A DNA stretch of 64,000 bases. Origin: a virus. Below are positions 10,485-20,505 of this stretch, in pieces. How positions within the stretch are numbered: the stretch's first letter is position 1; the number at the start of each line of letters is the position of its first letter. Below the pieces are notes generated by a model, which was not told the DNA's origin, did no database searches, and was given only the letters and a program-made list of their open reading frames with translations. The translations under genes and the position numbers were made by a program. The stretch lies in the IMG/VR virus record IMGVR_UViG_3300021512_000005, positions 1 through 64,000 of that record; one strand, written 5' to 3'.

Positions 10485-11468
10485 TTATACCTCTGCTATT
10501 GTATAATCAACATTTAAATTATTAGTTTCTTCAACTTTTATATTTTTAACTTTAAATGGCAACTCTACTAAAACAATTCCTTCAGTAATATTAAATGGAC
10601 TTATTGCTGATTCTAAAATTGCATCTTCTAATGTAAATACAATTTTATCATTTGTCCCCCGTTCAAATGTTATAGTTGGATCATCATCTGCATACGTACC
10701 AGTTTCCCAAAGGTCATATAAATCATCTGTAGCCATTCTTATTGTCATCGAAGCATTAAATTCTCGTATTTGTGGAATTGGTTCAGCAATACGAAGATTT
10801 GTATCATTATTAAGAGTTGGTTCTGCTAATAAATTATTATTAATTGTCATCCGGATATTATCAACTTGTGTATATGTTTCACCATTTATTGATACTTCAA
10901 CATCAGAATAAGCAAAAGGTCTTATTGAATTTACACCTACTGCTGGATATTTTTTCATTGCATCACCAGTTTGATAACTGCGAAATGCATGATCAGTTCC
11001 ATCTTGTGCAATAACTTCCATTGCACATTTAAGAAATTCACCTTTTGAACAACTTAAATCCATTTTATTTACCATACAACCCATATAATCAAGAGCATGA
11101 TCATTTGTATGTTGATATCCAAAATTAAGTGTAAAACTTGGTAATGTTGTTTCATTAGTTAATGTATGAACACATGGTGGTCCTGCTGAATAAGTATCAG
11201 AACCAAATGCAAACATTAACGGTCTGCAATGTTGTACAAAAAAATCTAAAGTAACACCATAATGTCGTAATGTTTCTATATAATCACTTACATTTCTTGT
11301 TTCAACATCAGACATTGAATTAATTGTCATTATATCTGATTTTGAGTTTAAGGTTATTGTTTGTACTAAACCGGGCCAAGAATATTTTGATGCACTTGAT
11401 GCTTGACCATAGGTTGTTTCTTTTGCATACGAACAATAAGTTCGTTTTCCTAAGAAAAATTCTGTCAT
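10485..11468 (-). CDS. Major tail tube protein
   Basis: YAKETTYG N-terminus, LPSFTL, GCMVNKMDL, MTINNNL motifs typical of tail tube proteins. Confidence 0.85.
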   Translation of the reverse strand: MTEFFLGKRTYCSYAKETTYGQASSASKYSWPGLVQTITLNSKSDIMTINSMSDVETRNVSDYIETLRHYGVTLDFFVQHCRPLMFAFGSDTYSAGPPCVHTLTNETTLPSFTLNFGYQHTNDHALDYMGCMVNKMDLSCSKGEFLKCAMEVIAQDGTDHAFRSYQTGDAMKKYPAVGVNSIRPFAYSDVEVSINGETYTQVDNIRMTINNNLLAEPTLNNDTNLRIAEPIPQIREFNASMTIRMATDDLYDLWETGTYADDDPTITFERGTNDKIVFTLEDAILESAISPFNITEGIVLVELPFKVKNIKVEETNNLNVDYTIAEV

Positions 11469-11489
11469 TTAATTTTAATCCTCCATAAT

Positions 11490-12230
11490 TTATATATATT
11501 CTCCAATATTGATTCCAGTAAATTGTACTTGTATTTCAAATCTATAAATACCTATTTCTTCATCAAAATTAATAGGTTGATATGAAATTAATCTATAATT
11601 CCATAAATTTTTTTCTGTCCAATTTCGCCAATTATCACGTAAATATTTATTTATTTCCTGCGCTATTAATCTTATAAGTTCATTTCCAGATGCTTTTCGA
11701 CTATATGAAATTTTAAATATAGTTCCATTATCAGGTTTATCTCCATTCAACCATTCAATAGAATCAAATAAGCCATCTTCATCATTATCTTTAATTTTAT
11801 AATCTGTATTTTTAATAAATGTATGTCCAAGAACTCCTAATAATGTTCCTGTTATTAATGAAATTGATGATATTGGTAAATTTGTAAGTTCATAAATATC
11901 AGTTCCTGTTTCAAAAATATACTCTTCTGCTATTGTTGTTTCAATATCACAAATGAGATCTCTAACAGTCCAAACTGTTATTTTTAAAGTTTCAGTTTCC
12001 AAATGATCAGTTGATTGCATTCCAATTTCATTTACAGTAGATTTTCCAATACTTTCCACAGATATTCTTGGAAAATTATTTTTATTATTCATTAATTTTG
12101 TGATCATTGGAGAATCTGGATAAATCCAATTTTTAAAAGTAGAACTACGATTTATAGAATTATAATCAGTTAAATTTTTTCTGAGTTTCCCAACAATAAA
12201 TTGAGATAATGATATATTTTCTAATGTCAT
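11490..12230 (-). CDS. Tail terminator-like protein with internal insertion
   Basis: IYPD…FPRISV…LKITVW…YRFEIQVQF; immediately upstream of the tail tube gene. Confidence 0.6.
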   Translation of the reverse strand: MTLENISLSQFIVGKLRKNLTDYNSINRSSTFKNWIYPDSPMITKLMNNKNNFPRISVESIGKSTVNEIGMQSTDHLETETLKITVWTVRDLICDIETTIAEEYIFETGTDIYELTNLPISSISLITGTLLGVLGHTFIKNTDYKIKDNDEDGLFDSIEWLNGDKPDNGTIFKISYSRKASGNELIRLIAQEINKYLRDNWRNWTEKNLWNYRLISYQPINFDEEIGIYRFEIQVQFTGINIGEYI

Positions 12231-12280
12231 ATAATAGAACCCTCTTGGGCAACATTTTAAATAAATATTACTCTTGTAAT

Positions 12281-12310
12281 ATAGAAGATTTTAAAAAAAG
12301 AGATCTTCTA
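12281..12310. terminator. Intergenic hairpin
   Basis: TAGAAGAT…ATCTTCTA inverted repeat in the intergenic gap. Confidence 0.35.
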
Positions 12311-12315
12311 AACTC

Positions 12316-12573
12316 TTAATAATATTTTAAATGATGTTTTTGTGCACGTTTTAAATTTCTTAAACGTTCACCAGCATCTTTTGGTAATTCACTAACTGAA
12401 TCTTTTTTATTTCCAAAAGCATTAGAAATCATTTCTTTTATACTTTTTTTCTTTCTTGGATGTTTATCTTTAGAACCTTTAAGTCTAAATTTTTTTAATT
12501 CTGATTCAGTTTTTAATAATTCATTTAAACAAGATATATGCCATTCGGCAGATTTTATTATTTCATCTTCCAT
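12316..12573 (-). CDS. Small basic protein with KFRLKGSKDK motif (putative capsid-internal protein)
   Basis: Shares KFRLKGSKDKxxRK with 13148-13375; preceded by the late motif; probable start 12573. Confidence 0.6.
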   Translation of the reverse strand: MEDEIIKSAEWHISCLNELLKTESELKKFRLKGSKDKHPRKKKSIKEMISNAFGNKKDSVSELPKDAGERLRNLKRAQKHHLKYY

Positions 12574-12606
12574 TTTAACCACTCTCAATAATATAATTAT
12601 TTTTAA

Positions 12607-13155
12607 TTAAGATTTATGTTTTAATTTATAATTTTCTAATTTTAGTTGCATCATTCTTTCTTCGGCATATTTTCGTGCTTTTTTCTCAGCATCCAATGAA
12701 TTTTTTAAATCTTTTAATTGTATTTCTAATCGTGCATTTTTTTCTTCAAGATGTTTTAATTGATTTAAAGTTTCAGGATTATCAATAACTTTTGGTTGTC
12801 TTTTATTTCTTGTTTCTATACCTTTAGAAGCAGCATAATTTGTAAATGATTGTGCAGTTAATTTTATTTTATTATTTTTATCAATTAATCCAGAATGATA
12901 TAATTCTTTTTTAATATTTTCTGGTTCCAAATCAATCATAACTTGAATTTGATCTTTAATTTTAGCACCACTATCTCCCAATTGCCTTAATTCTAAAATT
13001 TCATTTTTAATTTTTTGTGGTAATAATTCTATTTTACTTTTATGCCCAAGTCTTTGTTTACGCTGAAATGTTAAACCACTTTTTCTGTGAACTGTTACAT
13101 AACCTTCATGGGTTCCACGTTCATTTTTTAATAATGATAATTTAATTTCAATCAT
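12607..13155 (-). CDS. Leader-bearing putative internal virion protein with C-terminal coiled coil
   Basis: N-terminus MIEIKLSLLKNERGTHEGYVTVHRKSGLTFQRKQRLG. Confidence 0.75.
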   Translation of the reverse strand: MIEIKLSLLKNERGTHEGYVTVHRKSGLTFQRKQRLGHKSKIELLPQKIKNEILELRQLGDSGAKIKDQIQVMIDLEPENIKKELYHSGLIDKNNKIKLTAQSFTNYAASKGIETRNKRQPKVIDNPETLNQLKHLEEKNARLEIQLKDLKNSLDAEKKARKYAEERMMQLKLENYKLKHKS

Positions 13156-13375
13156 TTTTATAATCCTTTAAATTTAATTCAATTTTTTTAGGTCGATATT
13201 CATAATAAATTGCACCTGTTTTAGGATCAATAATTTTAACTTTTTCTTTTTCTTCAGAATTTTTTATAGATCCAAAAGTACGATAGCCTGGGAGTTCAAT
13301 ATTATTATTACTTTTACTTTTTCGTTTCTTTTTATCTTTAGACCCTTTAAGTCTAAATTTTGTTAATTCATCCAT
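13148..13375 (-). CDS. Small basic protein with KFRLKGSKDK motif
   Basis: MDELTKFRLKGSKDKKKRK; C-terminus KIELNLK also matches the leader motif. Confidence 0.6.
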   Translation of the reverse strand: MDELTKFRLKGSKDKKKRKSKSNNNIELPGYRTFGSIKNSEEKEKVKIIDPKTGAIYYEYRPKKIELNLKDYKND

Positions 13376-13761
13376 TATCCTGCCCTCTTTTGTCTTAATA
13401 GTTGAATAAATCCAGATGCTAGATTTTTTTCAGGTTTATCAAAATCCATTCGAGTTTTAAAATATAAATTTTTAAATTCTTGTACTAAATTACCCTTTAC
13501 TGATGAAGGATATTTTTCTTGAAATTTTTTTATTCTATTAATTGCATCTTCAGGTGATTTTGCAATCATTATTATTTGTGCGAACATATCTTCATGAGGT
13601 TCATTTTTACCTGGAGATCTATATAATTTTTCTTTATAAAATTTTTGCCATTGATGCCATCTTTCTTTTTCTGAAGATTCTATTCTACGAATATGTGCTT
13701 TTGCTCGTGGTGATGCTTTTACATAAACTTCTTTTATTTTTTGTAAATTAATTTCAATCAT
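13375..13761 (-). CDS. Leader-bearing putative internal virion protein
   Basis: Probable start MIEINLQKIKEVYVKASPRAKAHIRR, similar to the leader of 25718-27115. Confidence 0.65.
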   Translation of the reverse strand: MIEINLQKIKEVYVKASPRAKAHIRRIESSEKERWHQWQKFYKEKLYRSPGKNEPHEDMFAQIIMIAKSPEDAINRIKKFQEKYPSSVKGNLVQEFKNLYFKTRMDFDKPEKNLASGFIQLLRQKRAG

Positions 13762-14176
13762 GTGCAATTTTTCTAAGATGATAACGTGCAAATATCGGTT
13801 CCCAGTCCACTAAAGATGTTTTAACATCATAAGCAATTTCTGCAAGTTGTTCTATTTGATATTCAACATTTTCATAAATTATATGATCATATCGAATTTC
13901 AGTTTCTGAAATTTGTTTTGATTTAATTACATTATCAGAATACCAAAAATAAGCAGTTAAATCACCCGATTGTAAACTTCCAATTGGATAATATTTTTCT
14001 TGATATGATGCTGGAGATATAATACCAGTTATAATAGTATCTGTATATATTTGATTAATTATATTACCCATTTCATCAATTGTTTGTGTAATAATTCGAT
14101 GAATAACATCTTTTCCACCAAATTTCATAATTTGATTAAAATGGTTTTTCATTCCAGCCTTAATTGATGCAGACAT
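13754..14176 (-). CDS. Head-closure (stopper) protein
   Basis: FGGKDVIHR…IDEMGN…G.LQSGD…DHIIYENVEYQI pattern; follows the adaptor. Confidence 0.7.
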   Translation of the reverse strand: MSASIKAGMKNHFNQIMKFGGKDVIHRIITQTIDEMGNIINQIYTDTIITGIISPASYQEKYYPIGSLQSGDLTAYFWYSDNVIKSKQISETEIRYDHIIYENVEYQIEQLAEIAYDVKTSLVDWEPIFARYHLRKIAHD

Positions 14177-14213
14177 TTATTTAACCTCATAATATAATTA
14201 TTTTTAAAAAATT

Positions 14214-15152
14214 TTATACAATTACAACAGACATACGTAAACGTCCGATATCTGCTAAAAGTTTATTTTTTTCTTTTTCAAGTTGTTCGTATGCTTTTGA
14301 TGCTGATGTATATTGTTCACCAAGTGCTATTGATAGACCTGCAGCACTATAACTTGTAACATTGTCATAAGAACTCCCAACAAATTTTATTAAAACACTT
14401 TGTCCTGCTAAAATTGAACATAAATGATTAATTTTATTTGGAACTTGATCAAAACCATAAATATAAACTACTTTAATTCTATGTTTTTGATGTTCAAAAC
14501 TATATCCACTATTTAATGTTAATTTACCAGTATTATTATCTATCCAATATTCATCAGAATTATAAGTTTTATATAAATTACCTTTAATATTATATTCTTG
14601 TACTGATTCAATTGTTCGAATTGGAGTATAAGTTAAAAATATAGTATCAATTATAAGATTGGGATCATCAACATTACTATCAAACCATTCGGTTTTTGTA
14701 GTAGAATAATTAAATGATTTTCCAAAATGGCTATCTATCCATCCCATTGCACTTCGAATATAATTTATTACTTCATTTCTATCTGCAACATCAGATTCCA
14801 TACCACATCTATTATAAACATCTTCTACACTACAATAAAATCGTTCTTCAGAATCACGTACATAAAATTGATTACTTTCTTGATCAGTTTGAGTTCCAAT
14901 TACTGCTGCCCATTTACTGATCCACCAACCAGTCATTGCATCATCAGCAATTGTATAATCATAATAATATACTCCAGTTGAAGATTTAATAATTTCTCCA
15001 CTCACAAAAGTTTTTGTAGTAATTAATAACCCTTTAGGATCATAAATTTTTAGTTCTATAGTATCTGGATCATATAATGTATCATTAGAATCACTATAAG
15101 TATTTTGTATACGAATCGTTTCGCCTCGATCCCATTCTTTTATTTCTACCAT
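14214..15152 (-). CDS. Head-tail adaptor with N-terminal Ig-like domain
   Basis: N-terminal GETIRI…IYDPKG…STGVYYYDY…GWW domain; C-terminal YCSVEDV…A…ID…YIYGFDQVP gp6/gp15-like domain. Confidence 0.75.
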   Translation of the reverse strand: MVEIKEWDRGETIRIQNTYSDSNDTLYDPDTIELKIYDPKGLLITTKTFVSGEIIKSSTGVYYYDYTIADDAMTGWWISKWAAVIGTQTDQESNQFYVRDSEERFYCSVEDVYNRCGMESDVADRNEVINYIRSAMGWIDSHFGKSFNYSTTKTEWFDSNVDDPNLIIDTIFLTYTPIRTIESVQEYNIKGNLYKTYNSDEYWIDNNTGKLTLNSGYSFEHQKHRIKVVYIYGFDQVPNKINHLCSILAGQSVLIKFVGSSYDNVTSYSAAGLSIALGEQYTSASKAYEQLEKEKNKLLADIGRLRMSVVIV

Positions 15153-15162
15153 TTTTACTCTC

Positions 15163-16596
15163 CTATGTATAATTTATTATTGATTTTCTTGGATTTATAT
15201 AATTTATTGATGATTTTCTTGGATTTATATAATTTATTGAAGATCTTATTATTAATCCTTGTAAAATCATATTACATGTATAATTTTTCCCTGGATTTTT
15301 TACTAATATTAAATCAGATAAATATGATAATTTAATATCATTTAATCTAATTAAAATATTATTTGAATATGATTTTATAATATTTTTTAATTTAATTTGT
15401 AAATCAGATGAATATTGATTATCTAATTTTAATTTTTGAAGTAATAAATTAGAACTATAATCTGATATAATATCAAGTTTTTTAATTAAAATATCATTAT
15501 TATATTCTTTCTCATTATGTATTAATAATAATAAATCTGTTGTAAATGATAATATATTATCAATTTTTTTAATTAAAGTATCTGTTAAATATGATAATGA
15601 AATATCATTTAATTTAATTAAAATATTATTTGAATATGATTTTATAATATTTTTTAATTTAATTTGTAAATCAGATGAATATTGGTTATCTAATTTTAAT
15701 TTTTTAAGTAATAAATTAGAACTATAATTTGATATAATATCAAGTTTTTTAATTAAAATATCATTTGTATATTCATTTTTATAACAAGATGATAAAATTA
15801 AATCAGTTGTATAAGATAATATAACATTAATATTTTTAATTAAAACATCATTTGAATATGATTTATCAATATTTAATAATTCTAATAATAAATCATTTGT
15901 ATATGATTTAATATCTTGTAATGATAATAATAAGTCTGATGTAACTTCATTTGTTAATCCAAAATTTTTAATTAAAGTATTAATTGAATAATTTTTATTA
16001 ATATCTAATGATTCTAATAATAAATCATTTGTATATGATTTAATATCTTGTAATGATAATAATAAATCTGATGTAACTTCATTTGTTAATCCAAAATTTT
16101 TAATTAAAATATTAGTTGAATATGATTTATTAATATTTAAAGATTTTAATAATAAATCATTTGTATATAGTTTATTTGATTTTAAAAGTAATATTAAATC
16201 TGATGTAATTTCATTTATTAAATTTAATTTTTTAATTAAAATATTAGATGTATAATCATTAATTACTGAAGTACTTTTTAATGAATTAAATTTAGTTGTA
16301 TTAAATTTTATTGAATTAAATCCACCACGACTTAAATTAAAATTTTTAATAAATAAATCTGTAGTATAAGATTTATCTTCATTTATTTTTTTAAGTAAAA
16401 TATCATTTGTATAATTATTAAATATAGATTTTAAAAATAATATATTTGATGTATAATCTTTTGTTATTCCTATTTTTTTAATTAATAAATCTAAAGAATA
16501 AGGTTTTTGAATATTTAATTTTTTTAATAAAGTATCATTTGTATATAATTTAATAAAATTATTATCATTTTGATTAAACAATAATGTCAGTGTCAT
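15163..16596 (-). CDS. Repetitive Leu/Asn/Lys-rich fibre-like protein
   Basis: ~15-aa YTxDLLLKxLNI repeats with recent internal duplications. Confidence 0.6.
   Translation of the reverse strand: MTLTLLFNQNDNNFIKLYTNDTLLKKLNIQKPYSLDLLIKKIGITKDYTSNILFLKSIFNNYTNDILLKKINEDKSYTTDLFIKNFNLSRGGFNSIKFNTTKFNSLKSTSVINDYTSNILIKKLNLINEITSDLILLLKSNKLYTNDLLLKSLNINKSYSTNILIKNFGLTNEVTSDLLLSLQDIKSYTNDLLLESLDINKNYSINTLIKNFGLTNEVTSDLLLSLQDIKSYTNDLLLELLNIDKSYSNDVLIKNINVILSYTTDLILSSCYKNEYTNDILIKKLDIISNYSSNLLLKKLKLDNQYSSDLQIKLKNIIKSYSNNILIKLNDISLSYLTDTLIKKIDNILSFTTDLLLLIHNEKEYNNDILIKKLDIISDYSSNLLLQKLKLDNQYSSDLQIKLKNIIKSYSNNILIRLNDIKLSYLSDLILVKNPGKNYTCNMILQGLIIRSSINYINPRKSSINYINPRKSIINYT
15168..16125. repeat. Intragenic direct repeats (30-bp tandem; duplications offset 267 bp and 132 bp)
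   Basis: SSINYINPRK x2-3 at 15168-15240; aaatcagatgaatattg at 15401 and 15668; gtaacttcatttgttaatcc at 15941 and 16073. Confidence 0.85.
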
Positions 16597-17498
16597 GCTA
16601 TCACCGCAGTTGGTTCGGGGGAGGTGTATTTATGGACGAAAATCCAATCATGTCTTGATGTTACAGACTCACTCGTTCCCTTGACTCCGATGTAAATGTA
16701 CATATCATAATCAGAATGTTGCCAATTCTCTTCATATACACTGTCCCATATTGATTTTTTTATCCGGAATTTTGTTAAATACGGACTATTATATTCAATA
16801 GACATCTCTATTGTATGCCAGTTAGATGGAGAGAAACCCGAAAAATAATAATTATCTGACCAATCGACACCCATGCTTCCATTGACTATAGATCTAACTC
16901 GCCCTATATTATCGTATCTATTCAGAGAATATCCATCTTGCCCACTTGCACCGTAAGGACTGGAAGTCTCTGTAGTCTTGACATCACCTAACAGCCAATG
17001 CTGTCTATCTACACCTGATATGATTTTTGTTTTCCATCTTACCGCTTTACCACGTACATCAAAAGATGTTTTACTAACAACAAATTCATCATTTATACAT
17101 TCTAATTGAGCATCAATTTCTGTAGGAGAATTTCTTAATTCCCATTTGTCAGTATTGAGTCCATCAATTGTAAAATCATCAAAGAAATCAAAAGTCACAT
17201 CACCATCACTCATACTATCCACATCTCCGTGCATCAATCTAACTGCTGACACTTTGCTTCCAGTGATATTCGGAATCTCTGCCCATATTGTATTTGAGTC
17301 TTCCTCCCAGTAATTAACAATCTGCAAATTCTCATCCACAAATCTTACCCCTTGCTTATCAACATAGTTAGACACATCTACAATGACCTGATAATCTGTC
17401 AGTTCAGATGAATTGCTCCTGTTATCGATGTTAATCTCCCTGGTCGGAAGATCGTCCAGTATCGGATCAGCAAAATGATCCTGGATTGATAGTGTCAT
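16593..17498 (-). CDS. DUF2341-domain / lectin-like adhesin
   Basis: LTDYQV…VRFVD…YWEE…IWAEIPNI…FDFFDDF…DWIFVHKYTSPEP; visibly higher GC than its flanks. Confidence 0.75.
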   Translation of the reverse strand: MTLSIQDHFADPILDDLPTREINIDNRSNSSELTDYQVIVDVSNYVDKQGVRFVDENLQIVNYWEEDSNTIWAEIPNITGSKVSAVRLMHGDVDSMSDGDVTFDFFDDFTIDGLNTDKWELRNSPTEIDAQLECINDEFVVSKTSFDVRGKAVRWKTKIISGVDRQHWLLGDVKTTETSSPYGASGQDGYSLNRYDNIGRVRSIVNGSMGVDWSDNYYFSGFSPSNWHTIEMSIEYNSPYLTKFRIKKSIWDSVYEENWQHSDYDMYIYIGVKGTSESVTSRHDWIFVHKYTSPEPTAVIA

Positions 17499-17734
17499 AC
17501 TTTTTTAATAGTGTATATATCAGATATATCGATTGATTGTTTCTTACAAATCCGCTTCATCATTTCCTCAGTCGGATCAATTATTGGAGATGGTTCTGGT
17601 GGGATGGGCTCTTCAGTAACCTCTTCCCACTGACGTGATGTGGGATGATCTTCTCGCATGATTCGCTTTATTATCATCATACCATTCTTTTTATCCTTTA
17701 TCCTTTCTTCTTTTACAAGTATTATCATATTCAT
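17495..17734 (-). CDS. Small fibre-associated hypothetical protein
   Basis: Coupled by ATGA overlaps on both sides; Pro-rich linker. Confidence 0.55.
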   Translation of the reverse strand: MNMIILVKEERIKDKKNGMMIIKRIMREDHPTSRQWEEVTEEPIPPEPSPIIDPTEEMMKRICKKQSIDISDIYTIKKV

Positions 17735-18438
17735 TCCTCTACTGCAATCTCGACATAAGTTTTCGATGTACCAGCATCATACGACATCCGAACATCAAAC
17801 GTATCTGTTGATCCGGCTGTGTGCCCCCAAATATCGATCTTCGCATATAGTTTTTGAGATGCTTCCAGTATTTCATTACTGAGATCAAGCAATGCTACCA
17901 CTGATTTTTCGAGGTAAGTGGTGGTATTGTTCTGCATGTCTACTGATACGGTTCTTGTCGATCCGAGTTGAGTTGATGTACCAGCAGAATCGATTTTGTA
18001 TAAAGAGAATTTCACACTATCGATGTATGCAGTATCAGTTGTTCCGGACGATTTCACTGCGACTGTAGTGCGAAATCTTATCGTACCGTTCAGCTGGAGT
18101 GTCTCAAGTATTTTTTCATCAAGATAAAAACTCTTTGAAAAAATATATGCAGATGTTGTATTTGTGTTTCCTATACCTTCCCCTTCATTTTCAACTCCCT
18201 CAAGATCAGATGGCATTGGTCTACGTGTAAGGATATATTTTGTTGTAGTTGATCCATCTGGTAAAGTAATTATTTCATCACCTAAATGTTGTGCATATAA
18301 TGTTAACCAATTTAATATTCCAGCACGCATTGGTACTACAGCTTGCATATTAACATCAGTAGAATTAACAGATCGTTCTATTGTTCTAACATATTCACCA
18401 GATGTTTGATCTGTTACCATTATTTCTGTATCTGTCAT
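17731..18438 (-). CDS. Putative virion beta-sandwich protein
   Basis: Thr/Ser-rich; located in the fibre cluster. Confidence 0.5.
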   Translation of the reverse strand: MTDTEIMVTDQTSGEYVRTIERSVNSTDVNMQAVVPMRAGILNWLTLYAQHLGDEIITLPDGSTTTKYILTRRPMPSDLEGVENEGEGIGNTNTTSAYIFSKSFYLDEKILETLQLNGTIRFRTTVAVKSSGTTDTAYIDSVKFSLYKIDSAGTSTQLGSTRTVSVDMQNNTTTYLEKSVVALLDLSNEILEASQKLYAKIDIWGHTAGSTDTFDVRMSYDAGTSKTYVEIAVEE

Positions 18439-18439
18439 T

Positions 18440-18985
18440 TTATTTTACCTCTTTATTCCGTAATCTTGATAATACAAATTCATGTGCATCTATTTTACCA
18501 TCAAGAATTGCTTTCTCAATATCAATACCTTTTGAATAGTTATCAGATTTAGAAGTTTCATCATCCCAGAATTGTTTCGATTTGGATTTTTTCATGCTGA
18601 TATGTGCCATTAGATAATTTTCCTGATCTTGGAGGACTTGTTTGCCTCGTGATGGTATTTTTATATCTGCTCGAAGATGTGGATCGATTAAAAGTATTTT
18701 AGCAATTTCATCAATTTCAGGATCGATAATATCAAGATTTTCAAGATTGCTATTAGGATGTTTTAACTGAATTAAATTTTTAGCTTGTTCATCTGTAATT
18801 TTGATTATATCTGGATCAGCAAGAATCGTATCAATTTGTTTTGGTGTGCCCGCGACTCGACACAAGCATTTACCATTTAGCAGTTCCATCATCGATGAAC
18901 TAATGTCCTGATCTATTAAATATGGTCGTATTGGATCTTCGTCCATTCCTGTTCCAATTATTTTAGTTTGTATCCATAATTTCAT
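18440..18985 (-). CDS. Hypothetical protein (possible fibre chaperone)
   Basis: IGTGMDEDPIRP N-terminal motif; follows the lectin-tipped fibre gene. Confidence 0.5.
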   Translation of the reverse strand: MKLWIQTKIIGTGMDEDPIRPYLIDQDISSSMMELLNGKCLCRVAGTPKQIDTILADPDIIKITDEQAKNLIQLKHPNSNLENLDIIDPEIDEIAKILLIDPHLRADIKIPSRGKQVLQDQENYLMAHISMKKSKSKQFWDDETSKSDNYSKGIDIEKAILDGKIDAHEFVLSRLRNKEVK

Positions 18986-19906
18986 TTAATACACCTTTAA
19001 ATTATCAAAATATGTATCGTTTAAAGATATACATCCCAAATATAAATTATTAGATTCAGTTAAATCTGTATCTGTGACAGTTCCTCTTGACGTTCCTTCA
19101 AGGAATATTTCAAAATTTCCATTGATATCTCTTGTAACTGCCATGTTTTCCCATGTACTATCTAATCCTAAAACATCATTATCAATTAAAGTAGTTGTTG
19201 ATCCTGATATACATTTTTGAAAATCAAATCCAATTTTATCTATTCTATTATATAATAAATAATAATTATTTGCATCTTTATACATATTATACATTAATGC
19301 TCCTCTAAAATTACTTGTACCAGTTACATAATAATCGACTTCCCATGTTCCTACTGTAATAGTTGATGAACAACATTCCCGTTGATTATCATTAGTTAGT
19401 TTAAAATTTCCATCAGATACTAAACCACCCGACCATTCAGGTCTAAAATTTTGAAATATTTTATCAAATGATGTTGGAAGTGTTGCAGCATTATCTCTTG
19501 ATGTAATTTTATTATCATTCCAATCATCTGCTAAATAACCTCTTCTTCCGCCAGTACCAATTTTAGAAGGATTTGACATTTCATCTAAAATTTCTTGTCC
19601 TTTTTGAATTGTAAGATTTGTATTATCAAGAATTGATTGTAATTTAGATTCTGTTAAATTACTATTATCAAAGATTGATGCTCCTTTTGCTGATGTTAGA
19701 TTACTATTATTAAAAATCGATGCTCCTTTTGCTGATGTTAAATTACTATTATCAATAATTGATGCTGAAAATATTATACTTAAATTATCATTAATTAAAA
19801 TTGCTGTATCTGTAATTGATAAAAAATTATTTATATCTGTTACTGCAAGTGTAGATCCTCGATTTGCTCTTACACCACGTAAATAAGTCATTAAATAATC
19901 CTCCAA
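18986..19906 (-). CDS. Fibre/adhesin with 14-aa repeats and C-terminal ConA-like domain
   Basis: SIxDNSNLTSAKGA repeats (42-bp tandem near 19610-19770); C-terminal …VTRDINGNFEIFL…FDNLKVY. Confidence 0.65.
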   Translation of the reverse strand: MEDYLMTYLRGVRANRGSTLAVTDINNFLSITDTAILINDNLSIIFSASIIDNSNLTSAKGASIFNNSNLTSAKGASIFDNSNLTESKLQSILDNTNLTIQKGQEILDEMSNPSKIGTGGRRGYLADDWNDNKITSRDNAATLPTSFDKIFQNFRPEWSGGLVSDGNFKLTNDNQRECCSSTITVGTWEVDYYVTGTSNFRGALMYNMYKDANNYYLLYNRIDKIGFDFQKCISGSTTTLIDNDVLGLDSTWENMAVTRDINGNFEIFLEGTSRGTVTDTDLTESNNLYLGCISLNDTYFDNLKVY

Positions 19907-20505
19907 TTTAAATTATCTGATTGTATAGTATATGAATCATGTTGACCAGATATAATAAGAGTTGTTTCTAAATCAATTGTTTCAGTACTATTTGGATCAA
20001 TAGTTATATCATTTGTTGATGAATCAATTTTTTTAATAACATATTTTTTACCAGAAATACCTACTGCTGTTGGTAAATTAATTGTAATTGGTCCATCAAT
20101 AGCATTACATAATATAGTATCATCATCTAATGTTGTAGTATAAGGTGAATCATTTGTTGTTTTTGTTATAACAGAATCATTTTTACTAAGTTCTGAAATA
20201 ATTCCAGCAGTAATAAGCATTGCTACCTGTTCACCTTGAGAATGTTCCATATCTGAAGTGTTTTCTTGAGCACGTACAATTGTTAAAGTATCATTAGATC
20301 TATTAGTACATTTTACAATTTCCATTCCCGGGTCATTACCCGGATCAGGATATGTATTACTATCCCAAATTGTGAGTATAAATGGAAATGTTGATGGGAA
20401 ATTTGAACCTTCACCTGTTGGAACATGTAAAGTAGTTGCTGATTGCACAAGTGGATCATCTGCAACAGTACTTTCTACATTATTTTTTACTACAAATTTT
20501 GTCAT
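19891..20505 (-). CDS. Short fibre protein
   Basis: N-terminal fibre-anchor-like domain (EIVKCT…LTIVRAQENT); C-terminal YTTTLDDDTILCNA…ITINLPTAVG…IKKID domain. Confidence 0.7.
   Translation of the reverse strand: MTKFVVKNNVESTVADDPLVQSATTLHVPTGEGSNFPSTFPFILTIWDSNTYPDPGNDPGMEIVKCTNRSNDTLTIVRAQENTSDMEHSQGEQVAMLITAGIISELSKNDSVITKTTNDSPYTTTLDDDTILCNAIDGPITINLPTAVGISGKKYVIKKIDSSTNDITIDPNSTETIDLETTLIISGQHDSYTIQSDNLNWRII

Noticed and set aside
15163-19906. Diversity-generating retroelement acting on the adhesins
   Set aside because: No reverse transcriptase and no TR/VR pair with adenine-specific mismatches seen; the repeats are ordinary in-frame duplications.
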